A DNA stretch of 32,000 nt from an uncultured bacterium (GTDB lineage Bacteria > Margulisbacteria > WOR-1 > CAVSGV01): positions 210,001 through 242,000 of the forward strand of contig OY969425.1 in the NCBI GenBank assembly GCA_963699255.1, in the 5' to 3' direction. Under the pieces are notes generated by a model, which was given only the letters and a program-made list of their open reading frames with translations, was not told the DNA's origin and searched no databases. Below, in pieces: positions 8,918-18,994 of the stretch. The translations under genes and the position numbers were made by a program. Numbering within the stretch: the stretch's first letter is position 1; every line of letters begins with the position of its first letter.

Positions 8918-9508
8918 TCATAGCCTGAAAATAAGGCTGATGAAAGTTATTGCCCCGAATAAGATGAAAACAACGCCGGACAGGTAATTGATGATCCTTT
9001 CAGGGAGGTAATTCTTCAGAACATTCCCGATCACGATCCCGAAAATATTGACCAGCACAATGCTGAGGGTCGCGCCTATCCATATTTGAACGGGTGCGCC
9101 GTACTTTGCGGTAAGGGCAAAGGTCGCAAGCTGGGTCTTATCTCCGATCTCAGCCAAAAAGAAAGAACCGAAAACGATCCAGAAAGGGTCGTTCGATCTT
9201 ATTGTCGGCTTGCCGACCTCTTTCTTTTCTTCTGCCTTTGTGATAGGCGCTATCATCATCAACCCGTAGATAATAAAGAACGCTCCGGCAAGAATGGAAA
9301 TGAAGATCATGGGGACTAATCTTTTAATGATCCCTCCAAGAAGCACGGCTATGAACATCAACAAAGCGGACGCGCAGAAGGTGCCGTAGATGACTTTTTC
9401 CATAGGATACTTCGCGGCAAGCGTAAGGGTCAAGATCTGTGTCTTATCGCCGAGTTCAGCAATGCTGATCAGCAAAAAGGAAATGATCAGCGGCATGATG
9501 AGGTGCAT
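8918..9508 (-). CDS. UPF0016/GDT1 (TMEM165-like) membrane transporter
   Basis: Two E-x-G-D-K-T repeats (IAELGDKTQILTLTLAAKY, LAEIGDKTQLATFALTAKY) in a hydrophobic protein. Confidence 0.9.
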   Translation of the reverse strand: MHLIMPLIISFLLISIAELGDKTQILTLTLAAKYPMEKVIYGTFCASALLMFIAVLLGGIIKRLVPMIFISILAGAFFIIYGLMMIAPITKAEEKKEVGKPTIRSNDPFWIVFGSFFLAEIGDKTQLATFALTAKYGAPVQIWIGATLSIVLVNIFGIVIGNVLKNYLPERIINYLSGVVFILFGAITFISLIFRL

Positions 9509-10380
9509 CAGTAGATCACCTTGTTCAGGGGATATTCAACGATCCCGGAGGCCCCGGCTCTTTTTAGCTTGGGCACCAGGTCCCGGACGGTCTTTTCATC
9601 AACGATCGTATCTACATCGATCCATGATTCATCGGATAATTTTGAGATAGTGGGTTTTTGAAGAGATGGCAGGATGGACAGTATCTCCTTCAGCTTTCCG
9701 CTGGGCACGTTCATTTTAAGGCCGACCTTCGTTTCTGCGTTAAGCGCGCCCTGTAGAAGCATCAGGATGTTCTCTATCTTATCTTTTTTCCAGGCGTCTT
9801 TTATCGCTGTTTTGTTCGCGATGAGCGTGGTCGCGGATTCCAGGACGGTATCAATGATCTTAAGGTTGTTCGCTTTAAGCGATGAGCCTGTTTCTGTCAG
9901 CTCGACTATCGCGTCAGCCAGCTCTGGCGGCTTGGCTTCCGTCGCCCCCCATGAAAATTCAACATCGGCGTCCACGTTGTTCTTTTTGAAATACTTTTTG
10001 GTGACTTCGACAAGCTCCGTCGCTATCCGTTTTCCCTGGCAGTCCTGGACGCTCTTGATCTTTCCGTCGGCGGGAGCGGCGAGGACCCATTGGACTTTTC
10101 TAAGTCCCTGTTTCGCGTAAACAAGCTCGGCGATCTTTTCGACTTTGCATCCGCTTTCCTCGACCCAGTCGGAACCGGTAAGCCCGGCATCGAGAACGCC
10201 CTGTTCAACATAGCGCGCCATTTCCTGCGCCCTGATGAGCATTATTTCAAGCTCTTCGTCATCCACGCTGGGAAAGTAAGACCTGGCGGAAACCCGAACA
10301 TTGAAGCCCGCTTTCTTAAGGAGCTCGAAAGTGGATTCTTGAAGACTTCCTTTTGGAATACCTAATTTTAGCTTGTTCAT
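9508..10380 (-). CDS. hisG: ATP phosphoribosyltransferase, long form
   Basis: [26 protein letters not shown]; [12 protein letters not shown]; [14 protein letters not shown]; C-terminal domain of the regulatory type. Confidence 0.9.
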   Translation of the reverse strand: MNKLKLGIPKGSLQESTFELLKKAGFNVRVSARSYFPSVDDEELEIMLIRAQEMARYVEQGVLDAGLTGSDWVEESGCKVEKIAELVYAKQGLRKVQWVLAAPADGKIKSVQDCQGKRIATELVEVTKKYFKKNNVDADVEFSWGATEAKPPELADAIVELTETGSSLKANNLKIIDTVLESATTLIANKTAIKDAWKKDKIENILMLLQGALNAETKVGLKMNVPSGKLKEILSILPSLQKPTISKLSDESWIDVDTIVDEKTVRDLVPKLKRAGASGIVEYPLNKVIY

Positions 10381-10478
10381 AGTGATTTAAATGATACTAG
10401 AAGAGTGAAGGGTTGTCAAACCTAAGGGGGGCAGGTTGTGCTTGAACTTTAGGCATTGTTGGGGCATAATTCCAAGCC

Positions 10479-12119
10479 GTGCAGGAAGCGAAATATATAA
10501 CTCTCAAAGACCTCTTGAGGCAAAGCGCTCAAAAATTCAACGATAACCTCGCTTTTCAGATAAAAAGGGATGAAAAATACGTCAAATATACATATTCTGA
10601 CGTTGAGAAATTCGCTACCGGGCTTATCGCAAAGCTTAAAAGCCTGGGTATAAGGAAGGACGATAAGGTCGCTATACTTTCCGAGAACCGCCCCGAATGG
10701 CCGATCTCCTACCTCGCCGTTACCGGCATGGGCGCTGTCGCGGTCCCTCTGGATGCTCTGGGAACTGAATATGACCTGAAGGGAATAATAGCCCACTCGG
10801 AAGCGAAAGGCGTAATAGTTTCGGATAAATTTTTCGATTTCATTAAAAGCGCAGAGACCCTTAAATTCATTATCTCAATGGACAAAGACTTTGAAGGGTT
10901 GGAAGCTGGAGCCTCCGCGGATTACGGATATGATGTGTCTCCCGATGACCTTGCCGCGATAGTTTATACGTCCGGCACCACTGGCATACCGAAAGGCGTC
11001 ATGCTGACGCACAAGAACATCACGACGAACTTTATCACAGGCAGCGATCTGTTCGAGATCGGGCCGACCGATATGACACTGTCCGTGCTGCCGATACATC
11101 ATATGTTCGAGACCATAGCTGGATTTCTTGCAATGTTCTACTGCGGCGCAAGGGTAACATACGCGGAGAGCCTTAAATCCTTTAAGCTGATACAGAACAT
11201 GGTGGAGACGGGAACTACACTTATAATTGGGGTGCCGATGCTTTATCAGCTTTTTTATGACGGGATATTAAGGGAGGTAGAGGAAAAAGGCCCGGCCTTC
11301 GGCTTTATTTTCAGGACATTGTTCCTGGTCTCAAGAACAGTTCGGGCGCTGTTCAATGTGAATATAGGCAGGGTCCTGTTCGCGCAGGTGCATAAGAAGC
11401 TCGGCGGGCATATCAGGTTCTGGGTAAGCGGAGGAGCGGCGATCGACCCGGAACTGCTGAACAACTTCGACCTTATGGGGCTCGTGATAATCCAGGGATA
11501 TGGATTGACGGAATCTTCTCCCGTCATCTCCGCGAACAGCCTTTCAAATAACAAATACGGCTCTGTCGGCAGGCCGATATCCGGGGTCTGCGTGAAAATA
11601 GTCAACGATGAAATTCTGGCGAGCGGCCCTAACATCATGCGGGGGTATTTCAAGATGCCGGAAGAAACGGAAAAGGTCCTGCAGGACGGCTGGCTTTATA
11701 CCGGAGATATCGGATATCTCGATAAGGACCGATATCTGTATATAACAGGAAGATTAAAGGACGTGATAGTTACGAGCTCCGGACTTAATGTCTATCCTGA
11801 CGAGGTAGAGTTCGAATTGAACAAGATCCCGTACATCAAGGAATCCTGCGTTATCGGGCGGAAGAGGAAGGGGAGCGAAGAGGTTTTTGCGGTGGTTTCA
11901 GCTAATATCGAATATTTTGAAAGGACGGGATTATCCATCGAGGCGAATTCAATGTACGGCGCCATATTTGACGCGGTCCAGAAGTTGAACGAGAAACTGC
12001 CGATGCACAAAAGGATCTCCGGCATCGAAGTAAGGCATACCGAATTCCCCAGGACATCCACAAAGAAGATAAAGAAGTTCGTCGTAAGGAAGGAGATGGA
12101 AAAAATTTGGCAGAGCTAG
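10479..12119 (+). CDS. AMP-dependent acyl synthetase/ligase (long-chain fatty acid CoA/ACP ligase-like)
   Basis: IVYTSGTTGIPKGVMLTHKNI; GYGLTESSPVIS; GWLYTGDIGYLDKDRYLYITGRLKDVIVTSSGLNVYP. Confidence 0.93.
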   Translation: MQEAKYITLKDLLRQSAQKFNDNLAFQIKRDEKYVKYTYSDVEKFATGLIAKLKSLGIRKDDKVAILSENRPEWPISYLAVTGMGAVAVPLDALGTEYDLKGIIAHSEAKGVIVSDKFFDFIKSAETLKFIISMDKDFEGLEAGASADYGYDVSPDDLAAIVYTSGTTGIPKGVMLTHKNITTNFITGSDLFEIGPTDMTLSVLPIHHMFETIAGFLAMFYCGARVTYAESLKSFKLIQNMVETGTTLIIGVPMLYQLFYDGILREVEEKGPAFGFIFRTLFLVSRTVRALFNVNIGRVLFAQVHKKLGGHIRFWVSGGAAIDPELLNNFDLMGLVIIQGYGLTESSPVISANSLSNNKYGSVGRPISGVCVKIVNDEILASGPNIMRGYFKMPEETEKVLQDGWLYTGDIGYLDKDRYLYITGRLKDVIVTSSGLNVYPDEVEFELNKIPYIKESCVIGRKRKGSEEVFAVVSANIEYFERTGLSIEANSMYGAIFDAVQKLNEKLPMHKRISGIEVRHTEFPRTSTKKIKKFVVRKEMEKIWQS

Positions 12120-12352
12120 AACAGGAGATAAAGACCATGGTCTCGAAGATCATCAAGGTTGAAGAGAGCAGGATCGATCCTAACGTCAACATATTCAGTG
12201 AATACGGCGTCGATTCCCTGCTCGGGGTCGAGATCCTGGCCGGGCTCGACAAGAAATACGGCATTGATATTCCGGAGCAAAAAATAAGGGAGATAAAGTC
12301 CCTTAACGATATCATCAGGATCGCAAAAGAATTGATATCAAAGAAAGCTTGA
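12107..12352 (+). CDS. Acyl carrier protein
   Basis: 81 aa with phosphopantetheine site YGVDSLLGVEILAGLDKKYGIDIP; overlaps the ligase gene by 13 nt. Confidence 0.88.
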   Translation: MAELEQEIKTMVSKIIKVEESRIDPNVNIFSEYGVDSLLGVEILAGLDKKYGIDIPEQKIREIKSLNDIIRIAKELISKKA

Positions 12353-12356
12353 GGAA

Positions 12357-13097
12357 ATGAACGAAGGAACATCCGAGTGCTGGAGAAAGATGATAAGGGC
12401 CGATGAGGCCGTTCCCGAGGATTTCTTAAAAGGGTTCAGGTCGCACCTTGAAATATTCAGGCCTCTGTTCTTCGCTGTGATAAATATTTTGTGCAGGGTA
12501 TATTTTCGGGTAAAAGTAATAGGCCTTTCCAACATTCCCAATGACCCGCCTTACATAATCGCGCCGAACCATGAAAGCGCTCTAGACCAGACAATGGTAT
12601 CTTACGCCATGGGCGGGAAAAGGAGAGAGCAGCTTTACACTCTCGCGGTGAAACATTTTTACGACAGACCCGTTGCCAGGGTTTTCATGAAAATAGCGGC
12701 GAACGTCATGCGGATCGATTCTGAGGATGATTTTTTCCCGGCCCTGAGGTCGGCCGTAAAGGTCCTGAAAAAAGGCAAATCGATCTATATCAATCCCGAG
12801 GGCACCAGGTCCCAGTCAGGGGAGCTTCTTCCTTTCAAAGTAGGGGTGGGGATACTGGCGGTGGAAACTGATGTCCCGATAGTCCCCGTTTACATCGATG
12901 GAACGTTCAGGTCAATGCCCCCGGGCAGCGTTATTCCGAAACCCACCGGGATCACGGTGATTTTCGGCAGTCCGATATATATGGATGAATATATAAAGCG
13001 GAAGCAGACGGAGATGGCCTATGATGTTTACAAGTCAGTTGCCGACGAGCTATTCAAAAGGGTTTGTTCTCTGAAAGTCCGGCAGGAACACCTCTGA
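12357..13097 (+). CDS. PlsC-like 1-acylglycerol-3-phosphate acyltransferase
   Basis: APNHESALDQTMV (HX4D); IYINPEGTRSQSGELLPFKVGVGILA; VPIVPVYIDGT. Confidence 0.9.
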   Translation: MNEGTSECWRKMIRADEAVPEDFLKGFRSHLEIFRPLFFAVINILCRVYFRVKVIGLSNIPNDPPYIIAPNHESALDQTMVSYAMGGKRREQLYTLAVKHFYDRPVARVFMKIAANVMRIDSEDDFFPALRSAVKVLKKGKSIYINPEGTRSQSGELLPFKVGVGILAVETDVPIVPVYIDGTFRSMPPGSVIPKPTGITVIFGSPIYMDEYIKRKQTEMAYDVYKSVADELFKRVCSLKVRQEHL

Positions 13098-14012
13098 ACT
13101 GTACAGTTCCTGGATCAAAATATTACTGAGCCCCGCTTCTTTTGCCCATCTTACCGCTTTTTTGTATTCGTCTCCGGTTATGGGGCGCCCCAGCTCAGGG
13201 TCGTCGACCGCTTTGTAACAGGGCCTGTACTGCGCCATTATCCCGACATGAACATTTATTGATATTTCATTCGCAAGAAAATCGAACACTTTCTTACTTC
13301 CGGCCAGATCATTTGGAAGAACAAGATGCCTCACAAGAAGCCCTTTTATTGCTAACCCGTTCCCGTCCAGTTCCAGATTACCCACTTGCCTGTACATTTC
13401 TTTTAACGCGGCCTTGTTGTAAGTGAAATATTCGGGGGCATTTGAAAGGCTTATAGCCGTATTATTCGCGCTGTATTTCATGTCGGGGAGATAAATGTCC
13501 ACGATCCCGTCCAGCATTTCCAGTGTTTCGGCTTTTTCGTACCCGTTGGTGTTATATACAAGAGGAATGTGTAAACCCTTTTCCGTGGCAGTGGCCAAGG
13601 CGCTGATTATGTTCGGCAGGTAATGTGTTGGAGACACCAGATTTATGTTATGGCAACCCTTTGACTGGAGCATAAGCATCATTCCGGCAAGCTGTTCATC
13701 GCTTATTTCATCTCCAATGCCTTCCTTGCTTATCTGGTAATTTTGGCAGAATTTGCAGCGCAGGTTGCAATTCGAGAAAAATATGGTTCCGGAGCCTTTT
13801 TCACCTGTTATCATCGGCTCCTCTCCGAAGTGGGGCGTTGCGGAAGAAACTTTCGCCTTATCAGCGCTGTTGCATACTCCGTCCCTGCCGGAGGTCCTGT
13901 CGATCCGGCAGTCCCACGGACACAGGGTGCAACACCTGTAGATCGTCTTAAGTTTTTCCGCCCGCTTTTTCAGCTCGCCCGATCCAAAAAGATCTAAGTA
14001 TTTTGGCTGCAT
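13050..14012 (-). CDS. Radical SAM protein, pyruvate formate-lyase-activating-like (COG1313/PflX type)
   Basis: SNCNLRCKFCQNYQIS (CX3CX2C); CTLCPWDCRIDR N-terminal Cys motif. Confidence 0.85.
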   Translation of the reverse strand: MQPKYLDLFGSGELKKRAEKLKTIYRCCTLCPWDCRIDRTSGRDGVCNSADKAKVSSATPHFGEEPMITGEKGSGTIFFSNCNLRCKFCQNYQISKEGIGDEISDEQLAGMMLMLQSKGCHNINLVSPTHYLPNIISALATATEKGLHIPLVYNTNGYEKAETLEMLDGIVDIYLPDMKYSANNTAISLSNAPEYFTYNKAALKEMYRQVGNLELDGNGLAIKGLLVRHLVLPNDLAGSKKVFDFLANEISINVHVGIMAQYRPCYKAVDDPELGRPITGDEYKKAVRWAKEAGLSNILIQELYSSEVFLPDFQRTNPFE

Positions 14013-14016
14013 AATG

Positions 14017-15138
14017 TTACAGGAATCTCATGAAGACTTCGTTTGCCAGATATAGCCCGCTCTCGGTCAACCTAACGTATTTCCCGTTCATTTCTATCAG
14101 TTTCTCGTCCATCAGTTCTGCCAGCTCTTTTTTGTATATCTCGCGCATCCCTATCCCGAACCTGTTCGTGAAGTCGTTCAGGTGGAAACCTTTCAGCAGG
14201 CGCAGCCCCAGGAAGATCATTTCCTGCATGCTTTCCTTCTTTGTGTTAACGTGTTCCGTCTTTATGGCCGCAAGATCTTTAGACAGGTATTTTTCCAGAT
14301 AAGGGGTGTTCTCTATCCTTATGTTGTTGATAAAAGAATGCGCTCCGGCCCCGACGCCTATGTAACCCTGCATGGTCCAGTAGGTTATGTTATGCGCGCA
14401 TTCAAATCCTTTGCGGGCGAAATTCGATATCTCGTAATGCCCGTAGCCGTGTTCCTTGAGAAAGGCGATGGCCAGCTTGTACATTTTAAGCTCATCTTCT
14501 TCTTCGGGCAGGCGCAAGCTCCCCTCCAGTTTTTCTGTCGCGAACGGAGTACCTTCCTCTATCTGAAGGTTGTAAGTCGAGATATGCTCGGGATTAAGCT
14601 TGACGGCCTTCGCCAGGGATCCCTGCCAGTCATTGATGTTCTCTTCCGGGAGCGCGAACATCAGGTCGAGATTGACGTTCTTGATACCCGCTTCCCTTAT
14701 AAGATCATACGCTTCGGTGATCTCGTGCTCCAGGTGGATCCTGCCGAGTTTTTTTAGGAGCGCGTTATCGAATACCTGCGCTCCGAGGCTTATCCTGTTC
14801 ACTCCCGATCCGATCAAGGTTTTCAGTTTCTCTTTTGTGACCGTTCCCGGATTTGCCTCAAATGAGATCTCCGCATCTGGCTGGACATCAAAGTCCTTTT
14901 TTATGGATTCAAACAGGGAGGAAATATGTTCTTCAGGAAGGAGAGTGGGTGTCCCTCCTCCCACGAATATCGTTCTTATGCTGGGCCTGTCATACAGGGA
15001 CGAATAGTATCCAAGCTCGGCTTTAAGCGCTTCGATGTATTCCGGGATAAGGCTTTCACGCCCGGCATAAGAAGGAAAATCGCAGTAGGCGCATTTTCTT
15101 TTGCAAAATGGGATATGAATATATAAAGAGTAAGACAT
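14017..15138 (-). CDS. hemW: HemW / coproporphyrinogen III oxidase-like radical SAM protein
   Basis: MSYSLYIHIPFCKRKCAYCDFPSY; TIFVGGGTPTLLPEEHI; ISLGAQVFDNALLKKLGRIH; HYEISNFARKGFECAHN. Confidence 0.9.
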   Translation of the reverse strand: MSYSLYIHIPFCKRKCAYCDFPSYAGRESLIPEYIEALKAELGYYSSLYDRPSIRTIFVGGGTPTLLPEEHISSLFESIKKDFDVQPDAEISFEANPGTVTKEKLKTLIGSGVNRISLGAQVFDNALLKKLGRIHLEHEITEAYDLIREAGIKNVNLDLMFALPEENINDWQGSLAKAVKLNPEHISTYNLQIEEGTPFATEKLEGSLRLPEEEDELKMYKLAIAFLKEHGYGHYEISNFARKGFECAHNITYWTMQGYIGVGAGAHSFINNIRIENTPYLEKYLSKDLAAIKTEHVNTKKESMQEMIFLGLRLLKGFHLNDFTNRFGIGMREIYKKELAELMDEKLIEMNGKYVRLTESGLYLANEVFMRFL

Positions 15139-15172
15139 TGCTATTAAACCTCACCCTGAAACCCCTTCTGTC

Positions 15173-15214
15173 TCTCGCTTGCGCTCGAGACATCTCCCCC
15201 TTACTAAGGGGGAG
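15173..15214. repeat. Two adjacent palindromes
   Basis: TCTCGCTTGCGCTCGAGA (15173-15190) and CTCCCCCTTACTAAGGGGGAG (15194-15214). Confidence 0.7.
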
Positions 15215-15231
15215 ATACAGAGGGGGTTTTG

Positions 15232-17015
15232 TCATTTGATCTTTAGGACCGCCATGAAGGCTTCCTGTGGGACATCAACCCTCCCGATACGCTTCATTCT
15301 TTTTTTGCCTTCTTTTTGCTTTTCAAGGAGTTTTCTTTTCCTTGTCACGTCCCCGCCGTAGCATTTCTGCAGGACGTTCTTCCTCATCGCGGGTATCGTC
15401 TCCCTGGAAATGACGCGGCTGCCGATCGCCGCCTGTATCGGGATCTCGAACTGATGCCTCGGGATCACCTCTTTCAGCTTTTCCACAAGCGCCTTGCCTT
15501 TATAGTAGGCATTATCTTTGTGCACTATGAAGGAAAGGGAATCCACCGGTTCCTGGTTGAGGAGGACATCCACTTTAACAAGATCGGATTCGCGGTATCC
15601 TATCAGTTCGTAATCCATGGATGCATATCCTTTTGTGGCTGACTTGAGCAGGTCGTGGAATTCCGTTATCACCTCCGCGAGAGGCATCTCGTAAGTCAGC
15701 ATCACCCTTGTCGGCTCAAGATATTCCATGTTCTTGAAAGTGCCTCTCTTGTTCTGGCATATCTCAAGGACCCCCCGACATAATTTTGAGGGACAAAAAT
15801 GGTCATCTTAAGATAAGGTTCTTCTATCGATCGGACCTCAGCCATATTAGGAAGCTTGGCGGGACTGTCTATGAAGATGGATGTGTTGTCGGTTTTATTC
15901 ACTTTGTATACGACGCTCGGCGCCGTCGCGATGATGTCGAGCCCGTATTCCCGTTCAAGTCTTTCCTGGATTATTTCAAGGTGGAGAAGTCCCAGGAATC
16001 CGCACCTGAAGCCCAGACCCAGTGCTGCCGAAGTCTCCGGTTCAAAGAAAAGCGAAGCGTCGTTCAGCTGAAGTTTTTCTATCGCGTCGCGCAGTTCGTG
16101 ATATTTTTCCGCCGACACAGGGAAGAAACCGCAGAAGACCATCGGCTTTGCCTTCTTGTAGCCCGGAAGTGGCGAACTTGAGGGATGCCTTGCATCGGTC
16201 AAGGTGTCGCCGACGTGCGCCTGCTTCAGGTCCTTTATGTTCGCGATGACATAACCCACCTCTCCCGCGGATAGCTCATCTTTCGGGATGAAATCGATCT
16301 TTAATATTCCCACCTCCTGCACTTCGAATTCCGCGGATGCTCCCATCATCCTGATGATCATGTCTTTTTTTACCTTTCCGTTGAAGACACGCACGTATAT
16401 GACAACCCCGCGGTATGAATCATACTTTGAATCAAATATCAGGGCCTGAAGAGGGGAGTTGTAATCTCCGGACGGAGGAGGGACTTTCTCTACTATCGCG
16501 TCGAGTATCTGCGGTATGCCGGTCCCTTCTTTCGCGCTGGCGAGGATTATTTCGTCCTCCGAGAAGCCGAAGAGGTTCTTGAATTCCTCGATGATCTTTT
16601 TCGGCTCCGCGTTGACCATATCGATCTTATTAACAACGGGGATGATCTTCAGGTTGTTCGCCATTGCCAGATGCGCATTTGCCAGGGTCTGGGCTTCCGC
16701 GCCCTGGGTGGCATCTATCACCAGTATCGCGCCTTCGCACGCGGCCAGAGCTCTGGATACCTCATATGTAAAGTCAACATGCCCCGGGGTATCTATCAGG
16801 TTAAGAACATAGTCTTTATACTGCATCCTGATCGCCTGGGATTTGATCGTGATGCCCCTCTCTCGCTCCAGGTCCATTGTATCCAGCACCTGCTCGCGCA
16901 TCTGTCTTTTGTCTATTGTTTTTGTTTCTTCAAGCAGCCTGTCTGCGAGAGTGGACTTGCCGTGATCTATGTGTGCTATTATCGAGAAGTTGCGTATTTT
17001 TGATATTTCCGTCAC
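15232..17015 (-). CDS. lepA: Elongation factor 4 (LepA), split into two frames by a 1-nt shift at a homopolymer C run (15771-15776)
   Basis: 15702..17015 gives the GTPase part ([19 protein letters not shown]; [16 protein letters not shown]; NKIDM). 15232..15729 gives the C-terminal part ([35 protein letters not shown]). Adding one G restores [28 protein letters not shown]. Confidence 0.93.
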
Positions 17016-17078
17016 ACAAATAATTTTAGCATAAACTTGGGATTTTTATACATTTATTACGATATAGAAACGGGATAA

Positions 17079-17107
17079 TTGACGCGTATTTTATAGGTTG
17101 ATATACT
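17079..17107 (+). promoter_or_regulatory. Sigma70-like promoter for the SLH/barrel gene
   Basis: TTGACG (17079-17084), 17-nt spacer, TATACT (17102-17107). Confidence 0.65.
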
Positions 17108-17129
17108 GATTTTGTGCGGGGTGTTCATT

Positions 17130-18803
17130 TTGAGAAAGTTCTTAGTTTGTTTGTCTATTATCGTTCTGGCGTCGTGCGGCGCGTTCGCTGATGTGACCGG
17201 TTCTATTACCGATCCGTCGGATATAGGCGTTGGTGCCCGGCCTCTTGCTCTCGGAAAGGCATATGTCGGACTATCTGACGATGCGAACGGGATCTTCCTG
17301 AACCCTGCGGGACTTGCCGGGATACAAAATGTAAAGCTCACAAGTATGAGCGGGCAGGTTTTGAATGATATCAGCTATGTTGTCATCGGCGGCGCCAATC
17401 CGACCAAGTACGGTGTTTTTGGCCTTGGGTATACGACCGTTAACCTTGCTGCCATCCCTGTTACGCAAACTACCGGAAGCGGCACGACGGAAACGGTCGT
17501 TAATGTCGGCTCAACCAATTATTACTCCTCGGTCCTGACGCTTTCTTACAGCAATGATCTTTCCAAGATCGATTTTCTCAAAGACTTTGATAATGTAACT
17601 TACGGTGTGAATCTGAAGTATTTCATGCAGGGATTTTCGGGCGGCGGATCCGCGCTGAGGGGAGCCAATGGCTCGGGGTTTGACATGGATCTGGGGACGC
17701 AATATAAACCTATGAAGGCATTGACCCTGGGGCTTTCTGCGTTAAACATCCTTCCCGCAAGCCTTGGCGGAAAATTCACCTGGGACAAGGACGGGGTGGA
17801 GGAGTCCATTCCCGCCGTGCTTAAAGCGGGATTTGCGGCCAAGCTTTTTGGGAAAGATTCATTTTACGGCGGGAAGCAGGATGTTTTCCTGGATACCGAT
17901 ATGGATGCATACCTGAACCAGGACAGGCAGTCTGTCTATCATACCGGTGTTGAATGGTGGCCGATATCCATTATGGCTTTGCGTGTCGGGCTCGACCAGC
18001 AGCCGAGAGGCGCTGAGGACAGTAACGGCGTTGATAATAATTTTACCGCCGGCCTGGGACTTAAGTTCAATGGATTTACCTTTGATTACTGCTACCATCA
18101 ATACAGCGATCTTACGGACAATACCACCAATTTCTTTTCCATCGGGTATGTGGGAGAAGATGAAAAGCCTAAACCCGCCCAGGTGCCAAAGCCCATAATT
18201 CCTGTTGTTATTCCCAGTGTGAGCCTTGAGACCTTTTCTGACGTGCCGGATGGCTTCTGGGCGAAGAGCCCCATTGAATTCATGGCGACGCTGGGGGTGA
18301 TGAGCGGTGAGAGTGACGGAAAGTTCAAACCTGATGATCCTGTGTCGAGGGCTGAATTTTCTTCCATGCTGGTCAAGTTAAAGGGGTATGAAGCGAACGA
18401 CGTGACGAGTGATCCATATCCTGATGTTACGAAAGATTACTGGGCGGCAAAATACATTAAAGCCGCATCATTCATGAATTTTATGAGCACTTATCCTGAC
18501 GGCACTTTCAAGCCGGAAAAGAACGTCACAAGGGTCGAAGGCGCGGTCATACTTTCAAGATTTACGGACGCGGTAGAGCCGGCGGTCCTGACAAAGGACC
18601 CGTTCATTGACGTGTCTCAAAAGCACTGGGCGGCGAAATCCATCGCGGCCTCTCAGAACTACGGGCTTCTTGACTATCTGATAGGGAAGAAATTCGAGCC
18701 CGACAAGGAGCTTACCCGCGCTGAAGTTGCGGAGCTGCTCTCCAAGACAAGCTACGGCAAGGAAAGGATCAGGGAGTTCCTTAAAAGCGGAACGTCATCT
18801 TGA
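17130..18803 (+). CDS. Outer-membrane beta-barrel-like protein with three C-terminal S-layer homology domains
   Basis: Signal peptide MRKFLVCLSIIVLASCGAFA (TTG start; track start 17112); DIGVGARPLALGKAYVGLSDDANGIFLNPAGLAGI (PorV/UPF0164-like); SLH repeats FSDVPDGFWAKSPIEF..., YPDVTKDYWAAKYIKAA..., FIDVSQKHWAAKSIAAS.... Confidence 0.8.
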   Translation: MRKFLVCLSIIVLASCGAFADVTGSITDPSDIGVGARPLALGKAYVGLSDDANGIFLNPAGLAGIQNVKLTSMSGQVLNDISYVVIGGANPTKYGVFGLGYTTVNLAAIPVTQTTGSGTTETVVNVGSTNYYSSVLTLSYSNDLSKIDFLKDFDNVTYGVNLKYFMQGFSGGGSALRGANGSGFDMDLGTQYKPMKALTLGLSALNILPASLGGKFTWDKDGVEESIPAVLKAGFAAKLFGKDSFYGGKQDVFLDTDMDAYLNQDRQSVYHTGVEWWPISIMALRVGLDQQPRGAEDSNGVDNNFTAGLGLKFNGFTFDYCYHQYSDLTDNTTNFFSIGYVGEDEKPKPAQVPKPIIPVVIPSVSLETFSDVPDGFWAKSPIEFMATLGVMSGESDGKFKPDDPVSRAEFSSMLVKLKGYEANDVTSDPYPDVTKDYWAAKYIKAASFMNFMSTYPDGTFKPEKNVTRVEGAVILSRFTDAVEPAVLTKDPFIDVSQKHWAAKSIAASQNYGLLDYLIGKKFEPDKELTRAEVAELLSKTSYGKERIREFLKSGTSS

Positions 18804-18810
18804 GGGGAAA

Positions 18811-18884
18811 TGCGCCCGAGAGGGATCGAACCTCCAACCTACTGATTCGTAGTCAGTTACTCTATCCAATTGAGCTACGGGCGC
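18811..18884 (-). tRNA. tRNA-Arg(ACG)
   Basis: GCGCCCGTAGCTCAATTGGATAGAGTAACTGACTACGAATCAGTAGGTTGGAGGTTCGATCCCTCTCGGGCGCA folds as a cloverleaf; anticodon ACG. Confidence 0.95.
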
Positions 18885-18904
18885 GTGAACAAGCTGATTA
18901 ACTA

Positions 18905-18994
18905 CGGAGGGGGTGGGATTCGAACCCACGCTACGTCTTACGACGTACTAACAGTTTAGCAAACTGCCCCCTTGAGCCACTTGGGTACCCCTCC
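18905..18994 (-). tRNA. tRNA-Ser(GCT)
   Basis: GGAGGGGTACCCAAGTGG...CAGTTTGCTAAACTG...long variable arm...GTGGGTTCGAATCCCACCCCCTCCG. Confidence 0.94.

Noticed and set aside
10449-10796. Minus-strand 115-aa ORF
   Set aside because: Antisense to the start of the AMP-ligase; no SD-supported context or motif.
15702-15729. Two separate lepA genes or a real gene overlap
   Set aside because: The apparent overlap is the signature of a single frameshift, not two genes.
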